Shown: positions 45,751 through 55,252 of the stretch, in pieces
How the letters are laid out: every line of letters starts with the position of its first letter
Numbering within the stretch: the stretch's first letter is position 1
Origin: Candidatus Pyrohabitans jungbluthii
GTDB lineage: Archaea; Hydrothermarchaeota; Hydrothermarchaeia; Hydrothermarchaeales; BMS3B
NCBI GenBank assembly: GCA_002010065.2
Contig: MTMD02000001.1
Location: 77,692-141,691 of the forward strand
Length of the DNA: 64,000 bases
Direction: 5' to 3'
The notes under the pieces: generated by a model
What the model was told of the DNA's origin: nothing
The model's database searches: none
The model's input: only the letters and a program-made list of their open reading frames with translations
Translations under genes and position numbers: made by a program

Positions 45751-47604
45751 TCATCTCCTCGTAATAGATTCCTCCAATTCCTCCCTGGGAAGGCGCATGC
45801 GCTGCTTTAAAGCTTTTGCTATTTTATAAATAAGAAAGGCTGCAACACTCATCGCAATTAAGACCACGAAGAAAAAGATCGCCGGCGATAGACCAAAGAT
45901 CCTCTTTATCAGCTTCGCCTCCACGCTTGTGCTTCGCCCTGAGAAAACCTCAACCTCGGTTTCGTAGGGCATGTAACCAGCCTTCTCCAGCCTCACCCTG
46001 TACCTTCTAGGCGGAAGGTAAAGCTCCGCGTCTGTGGTTGCGACACGCTCACCATCGATATAGACTTCAGCACCTGTAGGGATGGAGCTAACCACAAGAA
46101 GACCCTTTTCCACCTCCTCCCTGTAAACATCAAAAGTAACCTCATCGCTGGCGGTGCTCTTCCCATCACTAACCTCGGCGCGTAGCATGTAGCTCCCAGC
46201 CTCAAAGGATGAGACATCCAGCCTGTAGCTTCCTTCAGCTTCGCTCCCCTGGTAGAGTGTGGTTACTCCCTTAGTGGAAATAAGCTCTATCCTCACAGTG
46301 AGAGGGTCTCCATCAGCATCCTGAGCAACCCACCTCACCTCAACCTCGCCCGAAGCTTTTGCTCCATTAGCTGGTGAGACTATCTCAACCTCGGGGGGAG
46401 TGTTCTTTCTCTCTTCTTCCTCACGTACCTCCTGCTTCTGCGGCTGTTGTGTAACGTCGACACGCCAGCTCACCACCACCTCACTGAAAGGCGCTGAGAC
46501 AATGCACTCCACAACGCCAGAACCAAGCTTCGCTGTATAGGTGAATTCGCTATCCCGCGAAACGTCTATGCCATTGAAACGCCAAAGGTAGCTCACCTTC
46601 AGCTCGTCGGTGTGCTCCGCCTCAACGCCAAAACGAACCTCCTCACCCGGCTTTACTGTGAGCTTCTCAGAGGTTGGATGCCGGGAGAGCACCTTAAGTG
46701 CGCTATCCACATTGCCCAGAAAAATCATTGGTTCAATCTTGTAGTGGCGAAGCACATCTTGGGTGCGCAGCCCCTGAGTGGTGCCGTATGTATAGCCTGG
46801 CTCATACCTCATTAACCTGAGTCTGGTCTCGTAGTAGGCGTACTCCACCCCAACAAGCTCGTCCCTGCCATCGCCGTCAACATCTCCAGCGAGCAAGGCT
46901 GCAAAAGGCTGTGTATATTTTGCCTCCCCTATTTTGTTAAGCTTCTCTGTCAAATCGCGGATGTAGGAGGTGTCGTAAAGAAAGATGGTTAGCCTCGTCT
47001 CATATGGCAAAGCCTGGATGGCGATGAGTTCATCTATACCATCACCGTTAATGTCGCCAGCGAGCCAGTTCTCAAGGGACTCGCGGTACTTGAGCATGTC
47101 CAGCTGGCGCAGCTTCTCTGTTATCCCCCGGGAATACTCAGGATCATAGGTGTAAAGGTAGATCTCTGTCCATGCAACCTTGGGCTGAATAAGGATAAGC
47201 TCATCCACACCATCGCCATTGACGTCGCCGGCTAGCCACCTTCCTGCTTCGCTACCATGGCGTGCAACGTCGAGGCGTAGCAGCTTATTTTCATCCCTGT
47301 CGTAGCGGTATATCTCAAGCTTGGAGCCCTGCGCCTCCCTCACCACCTTTATAAGCTCGTCTATGCTATCTCCGTCAACATCACCTGTGAAAAAGTTCGC
47401 CCAGTATGGCAACTCCACCACTGCCTTCTTCTCTAAACCATAGTTGTTGCCATAGGCATAGCCACTTTTGTACTGGAAAAATGAAAGCTCCATTCCCGTG
47501 GTGGTGTTAACCGCGATTACAACCTCATCCACAGGGTAGGAGGGAAGCGCATGGAGATGCGCGAAGGTGAGCAGTATCGCCAGTGTCACTATGAGCCAGC
47601 GCAT
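45751..47604 (-). CDS. Surface protein: FG-GAP/VCBS-like repeats + Ig-like + PEGA + C-terminal TM
   Basis: Signal peptide, four GD(V/I)(D/N)GDxxDEL Ca-binding repeats, NTPPEVEIVSP/DADGDPLT, PEGA (VSSIPTGAEVYIDG), TM anchor. Confidence 0.85.
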   Translation of the reverse strand: MRWLIVTLAILLTFAHLHALPSYPVDEVVIAVNTTTGMELSFFQYKSGYAYGNNYGLEKKAVVELPYWANFFTGDVDGDSIDELIKVVREAQGSKLEIYRYDRDENKLLRLDVARHGSEAGRWLAGDVNGDGVDELILIQPKVAWTEIYLYTYDPEYSRGITEKLRQLDMLKYRESLENWLAGDINGDGIDELIAIQALPYETRLTIFLYDTSYIRDLTEKLNKIGEAKYTQPFAALLAGDVDGDGRDELVGVEYAYYETRLRLMRYEPGYTYGTTQGLRTQDVLRHYKIEPMIFLGNVDSALKVLSRHPTSEKLTVKPGEEVRFGVEAEHTDELKVSYLWRFNGIDVSRDSEFTYTAKLGSGVVECIVSAPFSEVVVSWRVDVTQQPQKQEVREEEERKNTPPEVEIVSPANGAKASGEVEVRWVAQDADGDPLTVRIELISTKGVTTLYQGSEAEGSYRLDVSSFEAGSYMLRAEVSDGKSTASDEVTFDVYREEVEKGLLVVSSIPTGAEVYIDGERVATTDAELYLPPRRYRVRLEKAGYMPYETEVEVFSGRSTSVEAKLIKRIFGLSPAIFFFVVLIAMSVAAFLIYKIAKALKQRMRLPREELEESITRR

Positions 47605-47637
47605 AATTAAAGTAGAGCCGGACACATATATAAGGTT

Positions 47638-47695
47638 TGACGGTTTATCTGACGGTTAAACTTAAATATCCCTTTGAACCATTTTGATGACGGTG
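47638..47695 (+). promoter_or_regulatory. cbbQ operon promoter with TGACGGT direct repeats
   Basis: TGACGGTT at 47638 and 47650, AAACTTAAATA at 47658-47668, third TGACGGT at 47688. Confidence 0.45.
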
Positions 47696-47744
47696 GTTTT
47701 AGTGCTGCGTCTTGGCACACCTGAGCAAAACTGGAGGTATAGCC

Positions 47745-48560
47745 ATGGTTGAGAGTAAGACACTCAAGGTTGAGGAGTACATAATAACAGAAGAGCCCTA
47801 CTACGAGCCCGTGGGCAATGAGATTGAGATTTTTGAAGCCGCTTACAAGAACAAGCTCCCTGTTATGCTTAAAGGTCCCACCGGCTGCGGTAAGACCCGC
47901 TTCATGCAGTACATGGCATGGAAGCTTAAGCGCCCCCTAATTACCGTATCCTGTCACGACGACCTGACCTCGAGCGACCTGGTGGGACGCTACCTTGTTA
48001 AAGGCGGAGAGACCGAGTGGGTGGACGGCCCGCTTACCCGTGCGGTTAAGGTTGGTGCTATCTGCTACCTCGACGAGATTGTAGAGGCAAGAAAGGACAC
48101 CACCGTTGTGATTCACCCGCTCACCGACGACAGGCGAATTTTACCAATAGAGAAGAGGGGCGAGATAATTAAGGCGCCGGATGAGTTCCTTCTCGCTATC
48201 TCCTACAACCCGGGTTACCAGAGCGTGCTTAAAGATCTGAAGCACTCCACCAGGCAGCGCTTCGTAAGCATAAACTTCGACTACCCGCCCAAGGAGCTGG
48301 AGAAGAAGATAGTCATGAAGGAGAGCGGAGTAGATGAAGAAACTGCTGAGGCGCTGGTAACGCTTGGCGAGAAGATACGCAACCTCAAGGACAAAGGCTT
48401 AGAAGAAGGCGCAGGTACCAGACTGCTCATCTACGCGGGTCAGCTAATAAAGGAAGGCATCGAGCCAGCACAAGCGGCGGAAATAGCGATGGCAAACCCG
48501 ATTACAGACGACGCCGACATGCTCCGCGCTATTAGAGAGCTCATAACCACTGTATTCTAG
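47745..48560 (+). CDS. CbbQ/NirQ/NorQ (MoxR-type) AAA+ ATPase
   Basis: [42 protein letters not shown]. Confidence 0.95.
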   Translation: MVESKTLKVEEYIITEEPYYEPVGNEIEIFEAAYKNKLPVMLKGPTGCGKTRFMQYMAWKLKRPLITVSCHDDLTSSDLVGRYLVKGGETEWVDGPLTRAVKVGAICYLDEIVEARKDTTVVIHPLTDDRRILPIEKRGEIIKAPDEFLLAISYNPGYQSVLKDLKHSTRQRFVSINFDYPPKELEKKIVMKESGVDEETAEALVTLGEKIRNLKDKGLEEGAGTRLLIYAGQLIKEGIEPAQAAEIAMANPITDDADMLRAIRELITTVF

Positions 48561-48570
48561 GGTAGCGAAT

Positions 48571-50934
48571 ATGGCGAGCTTTGAAGACGTACGGAGCAAT
48601 CTGTTCAAGATTCTGGGGCAGACATCCTTTGGCGAGGACGTAATGGATGTGCGCTTCACGGGCTTTCACTATGCCCGTGGGCTGCGCAGCATAGACGAGG
48701 CAGTGCCAGCGCTGATGGAGCTGCCCAACGACGTGCTGAGGGAGATCTACAGGCAAGGGGAGAAGCTGGCGAAGCGCGACAAGGAGATGGCATTCAACTT
48801 CTTCATGACCGCCCCGGACGCGGTGACCCACTTTAGCCTCGAGGACCTCAAAAAGTGGGTGGAGATGGGCTTAGAGCTGGCGGACGCGTACGGCGTCGTA
48901 CCAGCGCGCAACTTCTTCAAGGGTATTACCAGGGAGACCATTGAGAAGATCCACTCCCATGGACTTGAGTTTAAAGATGTGGCAAGGATAATGGAGATAT
49001 ACATCAACGCGCTGAGCGGTGACCAGCTGGCGGTGCAGGAGGACGTCACAAGCTACACAGATACGCGCGTAGTTTACCTGCCCCAGAAGGTGGAAGAATT
49101 TGAGAACAATGAGCTCAACTTTAAGGTTTACAAGGTGATAGCGGCGCATCGCTACGCTCAGAAGCGCTACCGCAGCCTTGAGCCAAATCTGAAGCGCATT
49201 GAGGATGTTGTAAACGAAATTCAGCAGAAGTACGGGCGCAGCATCTCCGACACCCGCGAGGGGCTGGAGAACTTTATATACCTCTTCCCGGAGGAGCAGC
49301 TTGCTTTAGATATTTTCAGCATAGTGGAGAATGCACGGGTGGAGAGAAATCTGCGCAAGGAGTTTAAAGGCATAGCCCGAGACATGGACATGCTTTTAGA
49401 GCGGGAGTGGGAGCGCCGTCCCAGCTTTTCAAAGCTGAGCGATAAGGAGGCGGTGCTGGAAGCGCTGATGCAGCTCCTGACCTACGGGAAGCTTAAAGAG
49501 GGTCTAAACCCCAGCTTAGAGGAGATAGCGCGTAAAGCCTACGAGATAGTAAAGGAGATGCTGGAAAAGGAGCGCCCGACCGTTGAGGACAGCTGCATCG
49601 CCACCTATAAGATTTACGAGCTTATTGAGGAAAAGCTCTTCGGCACACCATACAACCGCTTCAACGACATAGCATTTAGAGGCGTTATTAAGCCAGAGCA
49701 GGTAACCGCAGGCTTGAGAAAGACCAAGAAGGAGATGGCAGAGAAGCTGGAGTCGCTGCTGGAGGATCTGAATATAGAGAAGCCTCCAGATATAGACAGC
49801 ATGATTCAGCATGCAATGAATGAGGTGCCCGATCCCCTCGCCTATGGCGCGCCTCTCGATTTTCTCTTCCGCCTTGGCTTGGAGATCCCCGAGGAGATAC
49901 AGGAGGAGATCCTGCGCGAGATAGAGAAGATACTCGGCGAGCTGGGTGAGATCGACGCCAGCATGCTGATGAAGGTTCTGGACAGCGCTGGCAGGAAGAT
50001 AAGGGCAAACATCCAGGCTAAGGTTACCGAGTTCCAGGTGGAGCTTACTGAGGAGGACAAGCAGGGGGCCTTCCTCTACGACGAGTGGGATTACAAGGTG
50101 GGGAACTACCGCGCTGCGTGGTGTGCCCTGAAGGAGAAAATGATGCACAAGGGCAGCGATAAGTTCGTGGAGAAGACGCTGCAGAAGCACGCAGGCTTGG
50201 TGTCGCTTATAAAGCGTCAGTTTGAGATGATGCGCCCCGACTACAAACGGCTCTTCAAGCAGATGTACGGCGAGGAGATAGACCTGGACGCCTTCGTCGA
50301 AGCTTTTGCTGACATTAAGGCAGGCGTAACACCCAGCGACAAGCTGTACATAAAGATCGACAAGAAGGAGCGCGATATCGCTGTTGCCTTCCTCGTGGAC
50401 TTGAGTGGCTCAACCACCGGCTGGGTTATTGAGACTGAGAAGGAAGCTCTCGTGTTGATGTGCGAGGCGCTTGAAATTCTCGATGACAAGTATGCGATCT
50501 TCGGCTTCTCAGGTAAAACGCGCAAGCAGTGCGACTTTTACATAATAAAGCGCTTCGATGAGCCATACGACGAAGAAGTTAAGCAACGTATCGCCGGCAT
50601 GGATGCCTTTGACTACACGCGAATGGGGCCGCCGATACGCCACGTTACCAAAATACTCGAGGAGACGCCGGCTAAGATCAAGCTGCTTATAGTGCTCAGC
50701 GACGGCAAACCCGAGGACTTCGATGAATACAAGGGGGACCACGGCATAGAGGATACAAAGAAGGCGCTCATCGAAGCAAAGAGGAAGCACATCCGCCCCT
50801 TCTGCATCACCATAGACACCGAGGCGAGGGACTATATACAGCGCATGTTTGGTGAGATTGGCTACATTATTCTCGACGACGTTGCAAAGCTGCCCAGAAA
50901 GCTTCCGGAGATATACAGGAGGCTCACCACCTGA
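48571..50934 (+). CDS. NorD/CbbO-like VWA protein
   Basis: ENARVE, YDEWDY, GEEIDLDA, MIDAS DLSGST, YTRMG, LSDGKP. Confidence 0.93.
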   Translation: MASFEDVRSNLFKILGQTSFGEDVMDVRFTGFHYARGLRSIDEAVPALMELPNDVLREIYRQGEKLAKRDKEMAFNFFMTAPDAVTHFSLEDLKKWVEMGLELADAYGVVPARNFFKGITRETIEKIHSHGLEFKDVARIMEIYINALSGDQLAVQEDVTSYTDTRVVYLPQKVEEFENNELNFKVYKVIAAHRYAQKRYRSLEPNLKRIEDVVNEIQQKYGRSISDTREGLENFIYLFPEEQLALDIFSIVENARVERNLRKEFKGIARDMDMLLEREWERRPSFSKLSDKEAVLEALMQLLTYGKLKEGLNPSLEEIARKAYEIVKEMLEKERPTVEDSCIATYKIYELIEEKLFGTPYNRFNDIAFRGVIKPEQVTAGLRKTKKEMAEKLESLLEDLNIEKPPDIDSMIQHAMNEVPDPLAYGAPLDFLFRLGLEIPEEIQEEILREIEKILGELGEIDASMLMKVLDSAGRKIRANIQAKVTEFQVELTEEDKQGAFLYDEWDYKVGNYRAAWCALKEKMMHKGSDKFVEKTLQKHAGLVSLIKRQFEMMRPDYKRLFKQMYGEEIDLDAFVEAFADIKAGVTPSDKLYIKIDKKERDIAVAFLVDLSGSTTGWVIETEKEALVLMCEALEILDDKYAIFGFSGKTRKQCDFYIIKRFDEPYDEEVKQRIAGMDAFDYTRMGPPIRHVTKILEETPAKIKLLIVLSDGKPEDFDEYKGDHGIEDTKKALIEAKRKHIRPFCITIDTEARDYIQRMFGEIGYIILDDVAKLPRKLPEIYRRLTT

Positions 50935-50942
50935 ATGGGGAG

Positions 50943-52604
50943 GTGATGCCATTGCAGAATAACAACCAGGGGAAACTTGGTCCCCGGGACATCGAAGCTC
51001 TTATTGCCAATGAGCGCTATATTGGTAAGGACGCTGTGCGCGGTAATATCGTCGCTGCCCTCGCTGTGGCTGAGACGCTTAAGACGACGCTCGGTCCTCG
51101 CGGTTTGGACAAAATGCTCATGGTGGAAGGGGGAGAGGTGGCGATTACAGACAGCGGGGGTACAATACTCAAGCTTATAGACCTGGTGCACCCTGCGGCG
51201 AAGATGATGCAGAGTCTGGGTTTAACAATGGGCGAGCGCTACGGTGATGGCGCAACAAGCAGCGTAGTCTTTGCCGGGGAACTTCTGAAGCGGGCTTTGA
51301 ATTTGATGGAACTTGGACTGCATCCCACCACAATAATCAACGGATACCGCATGGCGCTGGAAGAGACGCTTAAGGTGATGCATAAGCTCTCACGGAAGGT
51401 CACCCCCGGAATAATAAAGGATGTAGGGATAACCATATTCAAGGGCAGACTCGGCGAGAGAGATGCCGAGTTTATGGCGCAGGTTGTCGCGTCAGCACTA
51501 GACTTCGCGGGCGGGGAGAAGGATAATGTTTATGTGAACTACCGCCCCGGAGGCAAGCTCCGCGACACCACCCTCTACGAGGGGATCTATATAGACCTGG
51601 GAAAGCGCGTTCATCCAGCAATGCCCAAGAAGGTGGAGCACGCGCGCATCCTGCTAATAGATACAGAGTTCGATGTGCGAAAGGTTGAGAATGCGAAATA
51701 TGAGATTGGCGACCCGCGCAGAATGCGCGAGTTCATGGAGTACAAGCGCAAGGTGCTTCGCGTCGCCGTGGAGATGATAGCTCGCTCCGGTGCAAATGTG
51801 GTGTTCTGCCAGAAGAACATAGCCGACGTGGCGATGTACTACATGGCAATGAAGGGCATCCTGGGCGTGCGCGACGTGGAGAAGAAGGTGATGCACCTTC
51901 TCGAGAGGGCCACAGGTGCGCAGATAGTGAGCCACGTTAAAGAGGTTACGCCAGAAGTGCTGGGCTACGCGGGTTATGTGGAGGAGGATAAAATTGGCTT
52001 AGAGGAGATAATGTATGTGCGCAAGTGCAAGAATCCCGGTGTGGCCTCGATACTCGTTCGCGGGGGGAATGAGAAGTTTGTGCTGGAGTTGAAGCGTCAG
52101 ATTGAAGATTTAATCGACGTATTTGCGGCGCTTCGTGAACATGGCAGGGTTGTGCCTGGTGGCGGTGCTGTAGAGGGTGAAGCCGCGAAGAGGCTGCGCA
52201 GGTTTGCACGCAGCGTCGAAAGTAAGGAGCAGCTCGCCATAGAGGCGTTTGCAGATGCACTTGAGGAGCTTCCTCGCGCGATAGCAGCGAACGCGGGCAT
52301 GGACGCAACGTATGCGGTGCTGAAAATACGCGAGTGGCACCACAGGGGTAAGAAGGGCTATGGCGTCGACGCGATGCGCCGCGGGATGGGCGACGCCTAC
52401 GTTAAGGCTATCCTCGACTCCTACGAGGTGCGCAGGAATGCCCTAAGCTCTGCGGTAGAGGTGACGTGCTCTATTCTGAGAATAGACGACGTGCTCATAA
52501 AGCGCAAAAAGAAGGCTAAGCCAAAGAAGCCCGAACCAGTGGATTCGCCGGTACGCAAGGATGGCAAGATAGACCTGAGGTATGCGTTCAAGGGGTTAAG
52601 GTAG
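50943..52604 (+). CDS. Divergent group II chaperonin (thermosome-like)
   Basis: TLGPRGLDKM, HPAAK, GLHPTTIINGY, VVFCQKNI, PGGGAVE, ILRIDDV. TNDG is changed to TDSG and GDGTTT to GDGATS. Confidence 0.9.
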   Translation: MMPLQNNNQGKLGPRDIEALIANERYIGKDAVRGNIVAALAVAETLKTTLGPRGLDKMLMVEGGEVAITDSGGTILKLIDLVHPAAKMMQSLGLTMGERYGDGATSSVVFAGELLKRALNLMELGLHPTTIINGYRMALEETLKVMHKLSRKVTPGIIKDVGITIFKGRLGERDAEFMAQVVASALDFAGGEKDNVYVNYRPGGKLRDTTLYEGIYIDLGKRVHPAMPKKVEHARILLIDTEFDVRKVENAKYEIGDPRRMREFMEYKRKVLRVAVEMIARSGANVVFCQKNIADVAMYYMAMKGILGVRDVEKKVMHLLERATGAQIVSHVKEVTPEVLGYAGYVEEDKIGLEEIMYVRKCKNPGVASILVRGGNEKFVLELKRQIEDLIDVFAALREHGRVVPGGGAVEGEAAKRLRRFARSVESKEQLAIEAFADALEELPRAIAANAGMDATYAVLKIREWHHRGKKGYGVDAMRRGMGDAYVKAILDSYEVRRNALSSAVEVTCSILRIDDVLIKRKKKAKPKKPEPVDSPVRKDGKIDLRYAFKGLR

Positions 52605-52651
52605 GGCAATAAATAAAGCTTTTTATATTTTCTATCAAAAATATTAGTTGG

Positions 52652-53338
52652 ATGAATGTCCATATTGCTCCAATCGGGACTCAAAGTGACGAGCATATCC
52701 GGAGGGCTGTTCATGGAAAAACGCCAGTGGATAAACTCTACCTAATACCAACGAAAGAGTCTTATGAAAAAGCAATTAAGTTGAAAGAAGACCTTGAAAA
52801 CACGCTTTCTTCTTTGAAAATAGAGATAAAGATGCTTGAAGAACAAGGTAGAAAACGTTTTATCGATCCATTTAATCTCAACGACATCGTTGCAGCAATA
52901 TTACAAATTGCAAACGCGGAGAAAGGAAATAAACTATTTGTAAACATAACTGGCGGAACAAACCTAATGGCAGGAGGTGCAACAACTGCAGCATATCTCA
53001 CGGGTGCAACCATATACTATATTAAGAAACAACAGGAGAATGAAAGACTTGAAGACATTATAATAAAAATCCCCGTTCCAAAAATACCGCTTTACAAATA
53101 CGGAGAAATTAGAGTAAAGATTTTAAAGATTATTGCAGAAAAAGGAGGAAGAATTAACAAAGCAAAAGAACTTGCAAGAGAATTGGACATAGCTCCGCAA
53201 ACGGTAAGCTACCATCTCAAAGAGTTAGAAAAGTCAGGACTCGTAAAAGTGATCATGGATGAAAACAACAGGCGACAGAAGCAATATGAGATAACAGAGA
53301 ACGGCAAATTAATAGCTACATTATTTGAGGTTGATTAG
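52652..53338 (+). CDS. CARF (DUF6293/Csa3-like) + winged-HTH regulator
   Basis: VHIAPIG, VDKLYLI, FVNITGGTNLM, ELARELDIAPQTVSYHLKELEKSGLV...ITENGK. AT-rich. Confidence 0.82.
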   Translation: MNVHIAPIGTQSDEHIRRAVHGKTPVDKLYLIPTKESYEKAIKLKEDLENTLSSLKIEIKMLEEQGRKRFIDPFNLNDIVAAILQIANAEKGNKLFVNITGGTNLMAGGATTAAYLTGATIYYIKKQQENERLEDIIIKIPVPKIPLYKYGEIRVKILKIIAEKGGRINKAKELARELDIAPQTVSYHLKELEKSGLVKVIMDENNRRQKQYEITENGKLIATLFEVD

Positions 53339-54293
53339 TCTGTTCTAACGGGAACTTTGCAAAAATGTTAAGGATACCGAAGGTTAGATCTCGTGCTTTT
53401 TCTACATTTTCCTTGTGCATTGAGTCAGAGATATTCGCACATGTCCTATGTTCATATTTATTTCGTAAAGCTTGTATAACAATTAATTTTTCTGTAAGAC
53501 ATTTTAATTCATCATATGATAATGAATGGCCGATGTAATTCAAAAATTCTTCCATTATATCATTGTATATAATAATCATACAAAAAATTGGTATTAAATT
53601 TTTTATTTCACATGTTCCTTTATAGCAAACATCAAATTCTTTAATTTCTGGATCGGTGATTACATCCATTTTTTGTCTACTGCTTTTGAGATAATCTATA
53701 ATTTTATTTTCAATCTTATTTCGTTCTAGCTCTTTACAAATTTTATCTAATTTTTGTAAATATTTCATATTGTTATCTGATATAATTTTTTGAATTATAG
53801 TTTTGTCTTTAACTAAATAATTTGGATATTTATTTTTAGTATTATAATCAAAATCTTTTTCTTTTTCAAAAATTTTGTCTTCATATTTACAATCGAATAT
53901 TATGTTTTTAATTTCACTATTATTTAAAAATGAATTGAGTATAATTCTTAAATTATTTATTAATGAATCAGAATCTCCTAACACCTGATCATAATATCCA
54001 TATTTTATGATATCTCTGGCTTTGATAAAGTCGATATCAGATTCTTTGACTTTAATTTCTAAATCTTTAAGTTTTGATTTTATATACTGATATTCCGGAA
54101 TAATTTTCAAATTTTTAGATAATTTATTTTCTATTTCCCTTTCATAGGTTTTATCAGACGCTTGATTTAGTATTTTTCTAATTTGCCGCCGAATTTCGAC
54201 CATAGATACCCCAGATAAAAATGCAACTAAAATTCTCCAATTTTGTTTTAGAATTTTTTGAATATCTTCTATATCTACTTTTTTTAATTCCAT
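53316..54293 (-). CDS. AT-rich hypothetical protein with C-terminal HEPN-like RxxxxH motif
   Basis: LRNKYEH followed by an amphipathic helix. Extremely AT-rich codons. Confidence 0.65.
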   Translation of the reverse strand: MELKKVDIEDIQKILKQNWRILVAFLSGVSMVEIRRQIRKILNQASDKTYEREIENKLSKNLKIIPEYQYIKSKLKDLEIKVKESDIDFIKARDIIKYGYYDQVLGDSDSLINNLRIILNSFLNNSEIKNIIFDCKYEDKIFEKEKDFDYNTKNKYPNYLVKDKTIIQKIISDNNMKYLQKLDKICKELERNKIENKIIDYLKSSRQKMDVITDPEIKEFDVCYKGTCEIKNLIPIFCMIIIYNDIMEEFLNYIGHSLSYDELKCLTEKLIVIQALRNKYEHRTCANISDSMHKENVEKARDLTFGILNIFAKFPLEQTNQPQIM

Positions 54294-54415
54294 ATATGAA
54301 GAGTCTTAGAAAATAAATTATTTAAATGTTTTCTCAAACAATTCGACAAAACATCGAACAATCATAGGCAAGGCTAATTAAGTATAACGGAAAATCTGAG
54401 GACTGAGGTGATGTC

Positions 54416-54718
54416 ATGAAGATGAACACACTAAGCAAAAAGATAAAAACCAAAATTGAGTATGGCGCTTTATTGCTTGCCGATGAGCTATGGAACAGCA
54501 GTAAGCACATTCTCAGAGAAATATCTGCGGCAGTTGATTTCATAGCTTTTCTAAAGTTTATGAGAGATAAGAAGGTTGGAATCAGAGAAAAATTTGGACC
54601 ATTGGTTTTGGCTGTTATCACACGCAGTAAGATAGTTGCCAGCATGACTGTTGAATACTATAGAAGAAGGATAAAGGCCTATAGAAAGGACGCAGAGAGG
54701 ACGCTTAGCGGAGCATGA
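54416..54718 (+). CDS. Hypothetical protein (100 aa)
   Basis: GAGGTGA ribosome site before ATG. No family recognised. Confidence 0.5.
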   Translation: MKMNTLSKKIKTKIEYGALLLADELWNSSKHILREISAAVDFIAFLKFMRDKKVGIREKFGPLVLAVITRSKIVASMTVEYYRRRIKAYRKDAERTLSGA

Positions 54719-54770
54719 CGTCATAGATTTTTATCCATTGTCTGATGTCCATCAAATTTGCTCAATCTAA

Positions 54771-54896
54771 ACCTCAACCAATTTTAATCCAAAACTTTTT
54801 AGCGTTTTGGAAGACTTCGGTATAGTCAGAAAGAAAAAAAGAGGTAGAGAGGTAGAAGTAGAACTCGCTGTAAAGAAGATTGTGATTTTCAAGTGA
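54771..54896 (+). pseudogene. C-terminal remnant of a winged-helix regulator
   Basis: Frame without an ATG: ...VLEDFGIVRKKKRGREVEVELAVKKIVIFK-stop (wHTH wing). Confidence 0.45.
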
Positions 54897-54901
54897 CGTG
54901 C

Positions 54902-55252
54902 TTAAAACAACGGCGGCGAATGCGTCGCGAGGAGAATTAATTCCTCGCTACCAGTGTTTTCAATCCCATGCTCCTCCCCCGGCGGAACAAAGATATAGTC
55001 ACCTTCCCTTATGCCAACCCACTCCCCATTCACATAAGCTTTTCCCATACCCTTTAAAATGTAGATGGAGTCCACCTCCTTTTCATGGAGGTGCACGCTG
55101 GCGGAGCTTCCAGGGGATATTTTCAGTACAGAAACGCTCACCTCAGAGTTTTTCTCGCTCGTTATGAGCTTCGCAATCTCTACTCCAGCGAACTTGGGGT
55201 GAGGCTCAAACCTAATATCAGCGCTTTTTATTAAAATGCTGCCCATGCTCAC
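54902..55252 (-). CDS. Cupin domain protein
   Basis: HLHEKEVDSIYILKGMG and GDYIFVPPGEEHGIEN. Confidence 0.92.
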   Translation of the reverse strand: MSMGSILIKSADIRFEPHPKFAGVEIAKLITSEKNSEVSVSVLKISPGSSASVHLHEKEVDSIYILKGMGKAYVNGEWVGIREGDYIFVPPGEEHGIENTGSEELILLATHSPPLF

